A stretch of DNA of 64,000 nt from an uncultured bacterium (GTDB taxonomy: Bacteria; Zixibacteria; MSB-5A5; CAIYYT01): positions 1,696,001 through 1,760,000 of the forward strand of contig CAVSCK010000004.1 of assembly GCA_963726455.1 (NCBI GenBank), written 5' to 3'. Under the pieces are notes generated by a model. That model was given only the letters and a program-made list of their open reading frames with translations. It was not told where the DNA came from and made no database searches. The translations under genes were made by a program, and so were the position numbers. Positions 9,836 through 21,444 of this stretch are shown one piece after another (position 1 is the stretch's first letter; every line of letters starts with the position of its first letter).

Positions 9836-9922
9836 ATGGCATTCATCATCTCGGGAATCGTAGCTTGCTTGCTCTTGTGCTTTCTGCTATATGCGATGTT
9901 CAATCCTGACAAGTTCAAGTAG
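9836..9922 (+). CDS. kdpF: K+-transporting ATPase subunit F
   Basis: 28-aa MAFIISGIVACLLLCFLLYAMFNPDKFK with the KdpF 'YAxxxPE/DKF' motif; GGGAG RBS; directly upstream of kdpA. Below the ORF-track cutoff. Confidence 0.9.
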   Translation: MAFIISGIVACLLLCFLLYAMFNPDKFK

Positions 9923-9930
9923 TGTACTCG

Positions 9931-11623
9931 ATGACGATCAATGACTTCGCGCAGTTGGCGCTGTATATCGCAATATTGGTGCTTCTGGCGCCTCCGCTTG
10001 GCACATACATGGCTCGAATCTTTTCTGGCCGGGGACTTGCCGGTGGCGGGATATGTTACCGCACTGAACATCGACTTTACCGCTTCTGCGGAATCAATCC
10101 TCAAGAGGAGATGAGCTGGCGCGAAATACGTTTCGGCTGTGCTCTGGTTCAATCTCTTCGGATTTCTCGCCGTCTTTCTGCTGCAAGTAGTACAGCGCTA
10201 TCTACCGGCAAATCCGCAGCATCTGAACAATGTGCCCTGGCCATTGGCTTTCAATACGGCTGTGAGTTTCATGACCAACACCAATTGGCAGGCATACGCC
10301 GGTGAAACCACACTCAGCTACCTGACCCAGATGCTGGGTCTGACAGTGCAGAACTTTCTCAGTGCAGCAACTGCAGTGGGCGTGATGCTGGCGTTGATCC
10401 GCGGACTTACGAGAAAGACTTCTTCCACCTTGGGCAACTTCTGGGTTGACCTGACTCGCACGACTGTATACGTACTGCTGCCACTGTCCATAATCCTCGC
10501 GGTGATTTTGGTCGGCCAGGGTGTGGTGCAGACGCTTTCACCGTACGCGAATGTTACGACAATCGAGGGTACGTCTCAGACTATTCCCCTCGGGCCTGCG
10601 GCATCACAAATCGCTATCAAACAACTGGGCACAAATGGTGGCGGATTCTTTAATGCTAACAGCGCGCATCCCTTCGAGAATCCGACGCCACTGTCGAACT
10701 TTCTGGAAATGCTTTCAATCTTGCTACTGCCGGCCGCACTGGTTTACACGTTTGGCTCGCTTACGGGTCGCAAGCGACACGCGCAACTCATCTTCATTGT
10801 GATGCTGCTCCTGTTTCTGGGGGGGCTCAGTGTGTCGATCTTGAGCGAGAACAGAGCCAATCCGGTAGTCGAGTCTGCTGCTTCCTTGGAAGGCAAGGAA
10901 TTGCGGTTTGGCACAGTGAACAGCGTGCTCTGGGAAGTTGCCACTACTTCTGCCTCCAACGGATCGGTCAATGCCATGCATGAGAGTCTCACTCCCCTGG
11001 CCGGAGGTGTGGCACTGTTCAACATAATGCTCGGCGAAATCATTTTCGGTGGTGTTGGCTGCGGCCTTTATGGAATGCTCCTGTTCGTGCTACTAACGGT
11101 ATTCCTCGCCGGCTTAATGGTCGGACGCACTCCAGAATACTTCGGCAAGAAGATCGAGGCCAAAGAGATTCGCTGGGTGATCGTCGCCATCATCGCTCCA
11201 AGCGCCGTGATCCTGATTGGCGCCGGATTCAGCGTTGTCGCGCCGACCGCCCTGGCCGGCTTGTCGTCGAAAGGGCCGCACGGCTTGAGCGAAATACTTT
11301 ATGCTTTTTCTTCGGCAGCAGGAAACAACGGCAGTGCCTTTGCCGGGTTAAACGCTAACACGACATACTATAACCTACTACTCGGACTATCCATGCTGAT
11401 CGGACGCTTTGCGGTCTTGATTCCGACACTCGCGATTGCCGGTTCTCTGGCAGAGAAGAAAATTGCTCCGGTTTCGGCCGGAACGTTTTCCACCGATTCG
11501 ACGGTCTTCGCAGTGCTGTTGATCGGCGTGATCATGATAGTCGGAGCACTGACCTTCTTCCCGGCGCTGAGTCTGGGACCAATTGTTGAACATTTCCTGA
11601 TGCAAAGCGGCACAGCTTTTTGA
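9931..11623 (+). CDS. kdpA: K+-transporting ATPase subunit A (one +1 frameshift near 10124-10126)
   Basis: SFMTNTNWQAY, KQLGTNGGGFF, SNGSVNAMH, GNNGSAF selectivity-filter motifs. The N-terminus (MTINDFAQL...EEMSWRE) joins the main frame if one A of gAAAtac is removed. Confidence 0.95.
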
Positions 11624-11632
11624 GGAGTCAAT

Positions 11633-13729
11633 GTGACTGATACTAGGACAAGCATATTGGACTGGTCTCTCATCGGCGAAGCGATTCCGGCCGCGCTTGG
11701 AAAACTGCATCCAGTGGCCGAGATGCGAAATCCCGTCATGTTCGTCTGCTGGGTCGGGGCACTGATGACCAGCATAATCTTCCTTATTGGAATCATGAAA
11801 GGCGCGTTCTCCGGATTCGAATTCCAGATCAGTCTCTGGCTCTGGTTCACCGTACTGTTCGCTAATTTTGCCGAGGCGTTGGCTGAAGGACGAGGCAAGG
11901 CCCAGGCCGAAAGTTTGAAGAAGACTCGGACGCAGGTAATGGCGCGGTTGCTCGTCGGCGGCAAAGAGAACTCGGTTCCGGCGACCACTCTGAAGAAAGG
12001 CGACGTCGTCGTATGCGAAGCCAATGACACAATACCTTCTGACGGCGAAGTCATCGAGGGAATCGCCAGTGTTGACGAGTCGGCCATCACCGGAGAATCG
12101 GCGCCGGTGATTCGCGAAAGCGGGGGCGACCGTAGCGCCGTGACCGGCGGTACGCGTGTTATCAGCGATCGAATCAAAGTGCGAATCACGTCCGAAGCGG
12201 GAGACACCTTCATCGATCGAATGATTGCTCTGATCGAAGGCGCCAAAAGGCAGAAAACGCCAAATGAAATCGCGTTGGGAATCGTGCTTGCCGGGCTGAC
12301 GATCATCTTTCTTCTGGCCGTTGCAACGCTAAAGTTCTTCGCCGATTACAGTGGTAACGCGTCCCATCAGGACTTGTCGAACATTGTGACCGTCACGGTG
12401 CTGATTTCACTACTAGTCTGCCTGATTCCCACGACAATCGGCGGATTGCTGAGTGCGATCGGCATCGCCGGAATTGATCGCCTGGTGAGGCAGAATGTAA
12501 TAGCCAAGAGCGGACGTTCGGTCGAAGCCGCCGGAGATATTGACGTGCTGCTGCTCGACAAGACGGGGACCATCACCTTCGGCAACCGGATGGCGACCGA
12601 ATTCATACCGGCACCGATGTTGACAACGCAACATCTCGCCGAGGCGGCCCAGCTTGCGTCACTAGCCGACGAGACTCCCGAGGGAAGGTCGATCGTCGTA
12701 CTCGCCAAAGAAAAATTCGGTTTACGTGCCGTAAATTTGACTCCGCGTGAGGCCACTTTCGTGGCCTTCTCCGCTCAAACTCGGATGAGCGGCGTCGACC
12801 TGCGCGATGCCGACAGTGATGGACCACTAGCGATTCGCAAAGGCGCCGTTGATGCGATCAAATCCTTTGTCGAGGAGCGTGGTGGAACCTTCCCGCCCGA
12901 ACTGGCAATCCAGGTTGATGAGATAGCGAAACAGGGAGGCACTCCTTTGGCGGTGGCGGATAGCACTCAGGTTCTGGGTCTGGTACACCTCAAAGATATA
13001 GTCAAGGGCGGAATCAAGGAGCGGTTTGCGCAGTTGCGGCGCATGGGCATCAAGACCGTCATGATCACTGGCGACAATCCCCTCACAGCTGCAGCCATTG
13101 CAGCCGAGGCGGGCGTTGACGATTTCCTCGCCCAGGCCACTCCGGAGGCGAAACTCGAGCGAATCCGCTCCGAACAGGCAAACGGGCATCTGGTGGCGAT
13201 GACCGGTGACGGCACAAATGATGCACCCGCCCTGGCGCAAGCCGATGTCGGCGTGGCCATGAATACCGGCACTCAAGCCGCACGTGAGGCAGGCAACATG
13301 GTTGATCTTGACAGCAATCCGACCAAACTGATCAGCATCGTCGAAGTCGGAAAACAACTGTTGATGACACGTGGGGCATTAACCACCTTCAGTATCGCCA
13401 ATGATGTCGCGAAGTATTTCGCCATCATTCCGGCAATGTTCAGCACGCTTTATGCGTTGGGTGGTGTAGGACGCGGACCGCTGGCGGCCTTGAACGTTAT
13501 GCACCTTCACTCCCCCTACAGTGCAATCCTCAGCGCCGTCATCTTCAATGCCCTGATCATTGTCGCTCTGATCCCGCTTGCGCTTCGTGGGGTCAAATAT
13601 CGAGCCGAAGGCGCAGGTATGGTTCTGAGACGAAACATCTTGATTTACGGCATCGGCGGGTTGATAGCGCCGTTTGTGGGAATAAAGATCATCGATATTC
13701 TGGTCACGGCTCTCGGGCTGGCCGCGTAG
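11633..13729 (+). CDS. kdpB: K+-transporting ATPase subunit B (P-type ATPase)
   Basis: [30 protein letters not shown] motifs. Confidence 0.98.
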   Translation: MTDTRTSILDWSLIGEAIPAALGKLHPVAEMRNPVMFVCWVGALMTSIIFLIGIMKGAFSGFEFQISLWLWFTVLFANFAEALAEGRGKAQAESLKKTRTQVMARLLVGGKENSVPATTLKKGDVVVCEANDTIPSDGEVIEGIASVDESAITGESAPVIRESGGDRSAVTGGTRVISDRIKVRITSEAGDTFIDRMIALIEGAKRQKTPNEIALGIVLAGLTIIFLLAVATLKFFADYSGNASHQDLSNIVTVTVLISLLVCLIPTTIGGLLSAIGIAGIDRLVRQNVIAKSGRSVEAAGDIDVLLLDKTGTITFGNRMATEFIPAPMLTTQHLAEAAQLASLADETPEGRSIVVLAKEKFGLRAVNLTPREATFVAFSAQTRMSGVDLRDADSDGPLAIRKGAVDAIKSFVEERGGTFPPELAIQVDEIAKQGGTPLAVADSTQVLGLVHLKDIVKGGIKERFAQLRRMGIKTVMITGDNPLTAAAIAAEAGVDDFLAQATPEAKLERIRSEQANGHLVAMTGDGTNDAPALAQADVGVAMNTGTQAAREAGNMVDLDSNPTKLISIVEVGKQLLMTRGALTTFSIANDVAKYFAIIPAMFSTLYALGGVGRGPLAALNVMHLHSPYSAILSAVIFNALIIVALIPLALRGVKYRAEGAGMVLRRNILIYGIGGLIAPFVGIKIIDILVTALGLAA

Positions 13730-13740
13730 GAGATATGGAC

Positions 13741-14331
13741 ATGAAGACGGCATTCACGGCTCTCAAGCTCTTGCTGGTATATGACAGCAATCACCGGCAT
13801 AATGTACCCGCTGCTTATCACCGGCATTGCACAGGTCGCATATCCTCACCGAGCCGGCGGAAGTCTGGTGGTCGTCAATGGGAAGACGGTCGGCTCACAA
13901 TTGCTCGGACAGAAGTTTGCGGATACAAGGTACTTCTGGCCGCGACCATCTGCGATCGACTACAATCCATTACCATCAGGCGGAAGCAATCTTGGCCCTA
14001 CAAGCGCCGATTTGAAGCAATTGGTGTCGCAACGTCGTTCGCAGCTTTCCCAGGCCAATGGAGTGCCTTCAGATACTATCCTCCCGCCGGATTTGCTGTT
14101 CGCATCCGGAAGCGGACTGGACCCGGATATATCTCCCGAGGCCGCCCGTCTTCAGATCGATCGGGTGGTTTGCGTCAGAGGACTTGACGGCGATAAAGAA
14201 ATAGCACTTATTCGACTTGGTTGATTTATACACTGAACCGAGAACCTTGGGGATATATGGGCGAGCCCAGAGTGAATGTGTTGATGCTTAACATTGCTCT
14301 CGACTCACTGACCACTGAGCCATCGCGATGA
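13741..14331 (+). CDS. kdpC: K+-transporting ATPase subunit C (three +1 frameshifts near 13780, 14218 and 14250)
   Basis: GSQLLGQKF..RYFWPRPSA, SGGSNLGP, ASGSGLDPDISP. The C-terminal GEPRVNVLMLNIALD lies in a shifted frame and ends at a TGA overlapping the kdpD ATG. Confidence 0.93.
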
Positions 14332-17013
14332 CCGATTATCAGAGACCTGATCCCGATGCCCTTCTCAGGGCAATTCACAAAGAAGAAGCTGGTAACCGCG
14401 GCGGTCGCTTGCGCGTCTTCTTCGGTATGTCGGCCGGTGTCGGCAAGACTTATGCGATGCTTAAGGCGGCGCAACAACGACTTCGCGAAGGTGTCGAGGT
14501 CGTAATCGGTATTGTGGAGACTCACGGTCGAGTCCGAGACCGAGGAATTGCTGGTGAATCTCCCCGTCATTCCGCGCATGAAAATCCGATATCGCGACAG
14601 CGAGTTTGAGGAGATGGATCTCGACGCCATCCTGGCTCGACGACCGCAAGTCGCACTCGTCGATGAACTCGCTCACACGAATGTTTCCGGGTCGCGTCAT
14701 GCGAAACGCTGGCAGGATGTTGCCGAACTGCTCGATGCTGGTATCGATGTGTATACAACACTTAATGTTCAGCATATCGAAAGCCGCAAGGAAGCGGTCG
14801 AGAGTGTTACCGGCGGTGTGGTGAGAGAGACTGTCCCCGATTCGATTCTGGAGCGAGCCGACAGCTTTGAATTGATTGATCTGACTCCTGAGGAACTGCT
14901 CAAACGGCTGAGTGAGGGCAAAGTATATCTCGGAGACAAGGCCGAACGCGCTGCACAGAACTTCTTCAAAGAAGATCGCCTGACCGCGCTGCGGGAAATC
15001 GCTCTCAGAATCACTGCAGAACAGGTAGATAACGAACTGCAGCAATTAATGGCGACGAAGCCGACCGCCGGCGCCTGGAAACCGGGAGAGCGCCTGATGG
15101 TCGCAGTAAGCCACAGCCCCCACTCGGAAGGACTAATTCGCGCGACGCGTCGTCTTGCCTTCAGTCTCGAAGCTTCCTGGATAGCTGTCAACGTGGATAC
15201 CGGTGCCAGTCTGAATGAAGAAGACAGGATGACGCTTTCCCGCAATCTCGCCCTTGTCCGCGAACTCGGCGGCGAAGTGGTTTCGACAGCCGATCCTGAT
15301 GTCGTCGCAGCGCTCCAGCGAATCGCCGATCAGCGACAAGTGACCCAGATGATCATTGGCCGGCCGTCGCGTCGCTGGCTGAAGGATGTCTTCCTTGGCG
15401 GAACTCTATTGGATCGTCTGGTACGAAAAAGCGAAGGGTTCGACATCCACGTCTTGCGACCTGAAAAGCCGTCGCAACGAAGCCGCTGGAAATGGAGGTC
15501 AAAACCTTCATTCACCTCACTCTACGAGTACTGGTGGGCGGTTGCCGCAGTGGCGCTGACAGCCGTCATCAGCAGCGCCATTTACCCGTACGTAAGTTAT
15601 CGCGCCATTGGATTCCTGTTCTTGCTGACGGTTCTGCTGTTAAGTCTGTCCTTTGCTCTCGGCCCGATCCTCCTCGCCGCATTCTTGAGTGCTCTGGTAT
15701 GGGACTTCTTCTTCATACCTCCGAGTGGCACATTCACAATTGCCCAACCCGAGGACATAATCATGTGCGTTGCCTATTTGGCGGCCGCCTTGATTACCGG
15801 AACGTTGACACATCGCATTCGCCTGCGTGAGAGAATGTTGCGATTGCGGGAAGAACGAACTGAGACACTATATGGCATTGTCCGAAACATAGTGGGTGCG
15901 AGTGACAAATTAGCCCTGGCACACACTGTGTGCGAAAAGCTTGGAGCAACCCTTAACGGCAGTTGTGTCATTCTTCTGACCGACCCGAGTAATCAGGCTC
16001 AACTGACGCCAGTTGGTAATACCGAATGGAACTTCACCGAAAAGGAGCAGGCCGTCGCTAAATGGGTATTCACAAACCGAAAGTTGGCCGGTTGGTCCAC
16101 CGACACGCTCCCCGACGCCGGGGCATTATTTCTGCCGCTGCAAGGGCCTGCGGAGATGATCGGAGTCCTTGCTTATCGCCCTAATACAAATAACCGACTA
16201 CTGCGCGAAGAGGAGGATCTGCTCTCAGCGGTCTGCCGGCAAGCGGCTATCGCAATCGAACGCGAACTGTTTCGCGAGCGTTCGCGCCTGGCAGAGCGGT
16301 TACAAGAATCCGAGCGACTGCATCAGACTATTCTGGACTCGGTGTCGCATGAGATTCGCACACCGCTAACGGCAATTATCGGAATGGCCTCCGCGCTCGG
16401 GGACGAATACGTGACGGCCAATCCGCTTGTTCGCGACGAAATGTCGCACGAACTTGTCAAAACAGCGGAACGTCTCGACCGGGTGGTGAACAACCTCCTC
16501 GACATGTCGCGTCTGTCATCTGGAGCACTGACTTTGAATCGCGACTGGTACGAAGCTCAGGACTTGATTGCTCTCACCTTGGCCCAGGTGGGCGACTCGC
16601 TGGGCAATCACAAGCTGGACGTATCCGTGCTGGATGGTCTTCCTCTCTTGAGGATCGATGTCCAGTTGTTCGTGCAGGTGCTAGCCAACGTGATCCTGAA
16701 TGCCGCCTGCTATTCGCGGTCAGGATCAGCAATCATGCTTACGGCGAATTTGCGAGGTTCAGAGTTCGTGCTGAGCGTTAGCGACCAGGGAGAGGGCGTG
16801 CCGGACGGCTTATTGCCACGTATATTCGACAAGTTCTATCGTATGCCCGGCTCGAAAGCCGGTGGCACGGGCCTTGGTCTAGCCGTTGCCAAGAGCATTG
16901 TGGAAGCGCATGGTGGTAGAATAGAAGCGCACAATCGCCTTGAAGGAGGTCTGGTAGTTGAAATCAGACTGCCCGTGGAAACGCAGCCCGAGCTTCCGCA
17001 GGAGCCGTCGTGA
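14328..17013 (+). CDS. kdpD: Sensor histidine kinase KdpD (one +1 frameshift near 14534)
   Basis: RPDPDALL, GVGKTYAML, ETHGR, LVDELAHTN, KRWQDV; Usp domain, 4 TM helices, GAF, SHEIRTPL, GTGLGL. Confidence 0.95.
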
Positions 17014-17702
17014 GTAACGGCGCCAAGATACTGATTGTCGATGATGAGCTGGCGATTCGGCGATTCCTGCAGATTGCTTTGAAGGCACAGGGATACGAAG
17101 TGTCGGAAGCGTCCTCCGGTATTGAAGGGCTGCAAATGGTGACTGCCGTACATCCTGAATTGATGATCCTTGACTTGGGACTAAATGACATGGATGGACT
17201 AACCGTGCTGAAGCGTCTGCGGGAATGGTCAGGAATTCCCGTAATCATTCTCACAGTTCGTGGCGCCGATGCGGACAAAGTCGCATTACTCGATGCCGGG
17301 GCGAATGACTATCTGACCAAGCCCTTCAGTGTGCCGGAACTTCAGGCGAGAATTCGCGCCGCTCTGAGACTGACAAAGTCTGCGAGTGAAGAACCGGTCT
17401 TTCGTGCCGGGTCAATCGAGGTCGATTTTGCTTCACACGTTGTGAGGAAGGACGGCACAGAGGTCCGGCTTACCGCGACAGAGTACGAACTTCTCAAGTT
17501 GTTAGTGAGAGATGCGGGCAAATTGCTCACACAGAGACAACTGCTGAAGCAGATCTGGGGCATCAATGCCATCGAACATACTCACTATTTGAGAGTATAC
17601 ATTGGACAGTTGAGAAAGAAGCTCGAATCCGATCCCTCTCGCCCGCGCTACATCATTACCGAACCGGGCATGGGGTACAGATTCAAAACACCCGGCGAGT
17701 GA
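17010..17702 (+). CDS. kdpE: Response regulator KdpE (OmpR family)
   Basis: REC plus winged helix, HYLRVYIGQLRKKLE.DPSRPRYIITEPG.GYR; follows kdpD. Confidence 0.95.
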   Translation: MSNGAKILIVDDELAIRRFLQIALKAQGYEVSEASSGIEGLQMVTAVHPELMILDLGLNDMDGLTVLKRLREWSGIPVIILTVRGADADKVALLDAGANDYLTKPFSVPELQARIRAALRLTKSASEEPVFRAGSIEVDFASHVVRKDGTEVRLTATEYELLKLLVRDAGKLLTQRQLLKQIWGINAIEHTHYLRVYIGQLRKKLESDPSRPRYIITEPGMGYRFKTPGE

Positions 17703-17781
17703 CCGTAAAGCCCCAGCCACTTGAACCCACTCAATGCAGTTCGGTACTTCTGTCCTCATCACTAAGATATTTCGGAGTTAA

Positions 17782-18949
17782 CTACATGATGAATGATAAC
17801 TGCAGACCGAGACGATAGCCATTGAAGGACCCAACATCCGCAAACGCCGAATCGGCACTCGAATTGCTCTTTCGATAGGAGTAGGAAATCCCGGGTTGCC
17901 AGTGTCGGTACGCACGCCAGGACAGTTCGATATCGTAATCATACTCCTTGTCGACTCGATGGAAGTGACTCAAATCCGCGAATTTGATCGAAGTGAACTT
18001 CTGGTGCGCATAAGAGATTGCCGAACTCAGCACTACTTGTTCGCGACGTCCTATTCCCCAGCGCATACCGAAGGTGAGGTCAGTTTCGTGATAGCCAATG
18101 TCATTAACAGCGTTGGAGGTGGAGTCTTTGCCGGCCGCCTTGGTAGCTCCGGCGCCGACTTCACCATAGGCATCGAACTGTCGGGTCAGATGCGCGGTCA
18201 ATCGCCCGGAGGTATTGAGATTTGTGTTATCGCGCTCATCAAACGGGAAAGACATAATCAAAGCGGCGCCCCTCCAGATTGATGCGCGCGTCGAACAATG
18301 CGGAAATTCGGGCACCAACCTCAATTCCGAAGGTCTGTCTCGAATAATCGGCGGCCGCATAACGGACTCCCGAAGGCCGCTGCGCCATTCGTCTCCAATA
18401 CAGAGACCGCAGATTGTATTTGGGCAAGTATCGCGAAGATAGTTCGAGGTAACTGTGTCTCTTGCTCAGCCGTAGTTCGAGGCCAAATTGATTGTAGCTG
18501 CGGTAGCGATTTCGATCATATACGCGTGCATCGTATCGCAATCTTACGCGACAGACCAGAGACCGTCGCGTCCCGACCTGTAGATCGACGCGGGTACCGA
18601 TATCCGAGACGCGGTCCGACAGACTCCTGATAGGAAAGCGCGGACTGGAACCGTTCGCAGTGTCATACATGAACTTTGCGGCATCGGAGTAATCGAAAAT
18701 GTTGTTATCGTAGAATTCACTGAACGAAAGATTCGCGTCCAGTCTCAACCCCGACTTGCGATGAGTCACCCGGCCGAGTTTATGTCCCGCAGAGTCGGCC
18801 ACAGACACGACATGATTCGCCGACGAATCGGGATCCGACGCGACACTTGATGCCTGCATTTTCTCCCCATCTGCAGAGCGGGCAGACCCGGACAGAGCTA
18901 TCACCAATCCGGCCAAGAGTGCGGCACTAATTCGGAGTATGACGAACAT
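17782..18949 (-). CDS. Predicted outer-membrane beta-barrel protein, last gene of the pgs operon (one +1 frameshift near 18245-18247)
   Basis: ORFs 18239-18949 and 17782-18360 join on removing one C (FDYVFP/FDERD). Signal peptide, YDNNIF motif, many amphipathic strands, C-terminal GYRLGLQLSFIM. Confidence 0.65.
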
Positions 18950-19826
18950 CCTCCTGAGGAACGGTAAAGCGAAGAGCGACAGCTGGGGCGGCAGTCTCGC
19001 TTAACAGAAATCGAACGGCGTGCTTACCTGCCGGGATGTCAACATAAATGGTGCGGCTCTCGCCGACACTCCACTCCTTGTGGTTTGTGAAATCGGCGGT
19101 AACCGACTTCTCAGTTGACAACGGCTCGCGACGGAGCTCTTTCCCATCCAGAAATATGATCAGAGAATATTTCTGCGGCCCCTTCATTACTCCGGAGTAA
19201 GCAAGGCGGCTGACCGCTCGCAGACTTGTCTTGCCGATCACATTAACCTCAACCGCTTTGGCACTGTCTGACAGGAAGAAATCCAGCAGTCTTTCCTTGA
19301 ATGCGACGGTAGTGGTGCCGGCCATGGTTGTGGGATAGACGTCTGAATCAGATTTGTGCGATGCTTTTTCAGGATAAAATAGATAGCGGACTGCGCCGAC
19401 CGGTATCCGGCTATCACGCAGATTAATTGTCAAACGATGATCCCCGTCGGGAATTTCCAGCGAGAATTTGTGAGCGTCGCCTGCCAATGCGGCCGAGTTC
19501 TGCCAGTGCAATGCGGATCGTGAGCTATTTACAGAAAACGTCCCCTTGATCGCGGCATCGCTGCCGATAGTTAGCGAAAATGCGGAAGAAGTGTCGGGTG
19601 ACGACTCGAACACGAGTCTGGCAATCATGTCTAGGCGGCCGGGTCCCTCAATATCCAGATATATTGTGCTGTCGCGCACGATGCGATGATACAGACTGAT
19701 CTTGCCGCCCAGATCAAGATTCAGCGGCTGCGCGTTCTCCGGCGCTACCTGATCGGCGTGTAAGGCGGCCCCGGCGAAAGTAAGCAAAAGGAGACCAAAG
19801 ACGACGAGTGCCACACGCATACTCAT
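18927..19826 (-). CDS. Secreted hypothetical protein in the pgs operon (two similar beta-rich domains)
   Basis: Signal peptide (ALHA-D). The halves echo each other (IEGPGRLDMIARL..IPDGDHRL vs VIGKTSLRAVSRL..IPAGKHAV). Overlaps both neighbours. Confidence 0.7.
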   Translation of the reverse strand: MSMRVALVVFGLLLLTFAGAALHADQVAPENAQPLNLDLGGKISLYHRIVRDSTIYLDIEGPGRLDMIARLVFESSPDTSSAFSLTIGSDAAIKGTFSVNSSRSALHWQNSAALAGDAHKFSLEIPDGDHRLTINLRDSRIPVGAVRYLFYPEKASHKSDSDVYPTTMAGTTTVAFKERLLDFFLSDSAKAVEVNVIGKTSLRAVSRLAYSGVMKGPQKYSLIIFLDGKELRREPLSTEKSVTADFTNHKEWSVGESRTIYVDIPAGKHAVRFLLSETAAPAVALRFTVPQEDVRHTPN

Positions 19827-20956
19827 ACTGACTCCGTTCTTACTGCCGTCACCGGACGCGGTCGGCGGCGCAAGTAGTGATTCAGATCAACTCGAATAAC
19901 CAGGAAGACGACGATGCAAAGGATAATGGTCAGGATAATTGACCAGGTGATGTCATATCGTTCTGAAAAGTAGAGCGGGCCCTGCCCCACTTCCGGTGCG
20001 TCGCGACCAACTATTGCAGGAAGGTCATATCGTTCCGCCATCTTGGCCACGTCGGTGAGATTTATTATCGGAATTTGCTGCTCTGCCATTCGGTTAATGA
20101 CGGCCCGTACCGGATAGTTGAGTTCCGGAAGCGTCCGGGCAAAACCGTGCGGTATCAGCCGCGCATTCAGCGCTCCACCGAGACTGGCGAGGCCGCCACC
20201 GATATTGATGTATGCGGCATAATGATGGCTGCCCAAACTTCCTTCGTAGATTTCCATGCGCCTGCTGACGATGTCTTCCAGAGTTTCGCCTTCGATCGAG
20301 CTGACATCATTTCGAGTGATGGCCTTTCGGATCAAGTCCCGGCCTTCGGGCGAAATGCCGCGGCCGATGTCGGCGCCACCACCCAGTGACGCAGCAACAG
20401 ACTTATAGGGCAGCACACCGTTGTCACGCAGAAGTGTCTCCATATCGAGCCAGGTAAAATCCGGCCGGTTGGCGCCCCAGTCGGAAGCGCCCACCGAGGT
20501 GATGACCACCGGCTGCACGCCCGTTGCTCGACAGGCAGCGAGCATGGCGATATTCCAGCCCGGAATCGATCCCGTGAGCCCTACTGCCACCGTGTCGCCC
20601 TTGCGAATTCCGGCTTGATGAAGCAGTTCCACAAACGCAGCGGCAAAATTCGGATTACCGGCAAGAATCTTCGCCGCGCTGACACCTCGATCCGAAGTAA
20701 TCACCGTACGTTCTTCGCCAATCAGGCCGCTGCCCCAGGGATCGTTACGCGAATCCAGCTTGAGTCCTCGATGGCTCAATTCGGTTCTGATCACATCCTG
20801 AGCCCGTGCTGCGAGTTCGGCCGCTTTGATCTTCGTTCGATAACGCGGCTGCTGTATGTTTTGCGACGTGTGTTCGGCCACATAGAAGATAGCCAGGGAC
20901 AGCACTGCCAACATTGCCAGATGCCAATGTGGCACCGGAGATTGGCGGAATTTCAT
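19823..20956 (-). CDS. pgsW: Poly-gamma-glutamate system protein (PgsW / gamma_Glu_sys family)
   Basis: NDP..SGLIGEE...ITSDRG...AK....NPNFAA, GDTVAVG.TGS.PG.N, SVGAS.WGAN, ASLGG..D.G, YINIGG; N- and C-terminal TM helices; directly after pgsC. Start is 20956 (ATG) or 20962. Confidence 0.85.
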   Translation of the reverse strand: MKFRQSPVPHWHLAMLAVLSLAIFYVAEHTSQNIQQPRYRTKIKAAELAARAQDVIRTELSHRGLKLDSRNDPWGSGLIGEERTVITSDRGVSAAKILAGNPNFAAAFVELLHQAGIRKGDTVAVGLTGSIPGWNIAMLAACRATGVQPVVITSVGASDWGANRPDFTWLDMETLLRDNGVLPYKSVAASLGGGADIGRGISPEGRDLIRKAITRNDVSSIEGETLEDIVSRRMEIYEGSLGSHHYAAYINIGGGLASLGGALNARLIPHGFARTLPELNYPVRAVINRMAEQQIPIINLTDVAKMAERYDLPAIVGRDAPEVGQGPLYFSERYDITWSIILTIILCIVVFLVIRVDLNHYLRRRPRPVTAVRTESV

Positions 20957-21444
20957 AGCCACAGGTCCTTTCCCAGCGAGACATCACCGCCCGACAGAAT
21001 CATGAGCAAGAGTCTGATGATAACTGCCGCGATAATCATCATCGAAAGTGTTGCGACTACGCCTTGCCGCTCCATCCAGTTGGCGATCAGGCCGGGAATC
21101 ACAAGTCCGATGGTCGGAAAAGCATAACGTGCGCCGCCGATATTGATCAGAAACAATTCTCGGGATACCCAGCCAAGCGCGAAACCGATGAGTATTGTGA
21201 AGACAATTCGGCGTCTGCCGTAGATAAAGGCGAATTTGGAAAGGAGCCTCAATATGAGAAAAGTGCCAAGCGCCACAATGATTGTTCCGATGATGCGCAG
21301 GGGCTGATGAATCATCAGTGCCACGTAACCCGGAACGATCATTCCGCCTGCGGCCAGTCCCAGAGTCTCACTGAAAACGAGACTAAGCACAAGCCCGAGA
21401 CCGACTGACTGAAATACCAAATCGCGTAGAGCTTCAGTAAACAA
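20953..21444 (-). CDS. pgsC: Poly-gamma-glutamate biosynthesis protein PgsC/CapC
   Basis: GLAAGGMIVPGYVAL, IYGRRR, IGLVIPGLIANWMERQG. TTG start at 21444 or 21420 inferred; the ORF-track extension to 21585 overlaps pgsB. Confidence 0.93.
   Translation of the reverse strand: MFTEALRDLVFQSVGLGLVLSLVFSETLGLAAGGMIVPGYVALMIHQPLRIIGTIIVALGTFLILRLLSKFAFIYGRRRIVFTILIGFALGWVSRELFLINIGGARYAFPTIGLVIPGLIANWMERQGVVATLSMMIIAAVIIRLLLMILSGGDVSLGKDLWL

Noticed and set aside
11368-12306. 312-aa minus-strand ORF, and similar shadows over kdpB, dnaE2 and the ABC ATPases
   Set aside because: Antisense to well-supported conserved genes.
14222-14224. TGA in kdpC (and TAG at the end of the M1 ORF) as selenocysteine or readthrough
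   Set aside because: The downstream homologous sequence is in a different frame, so these are indels rather than recoded stops.
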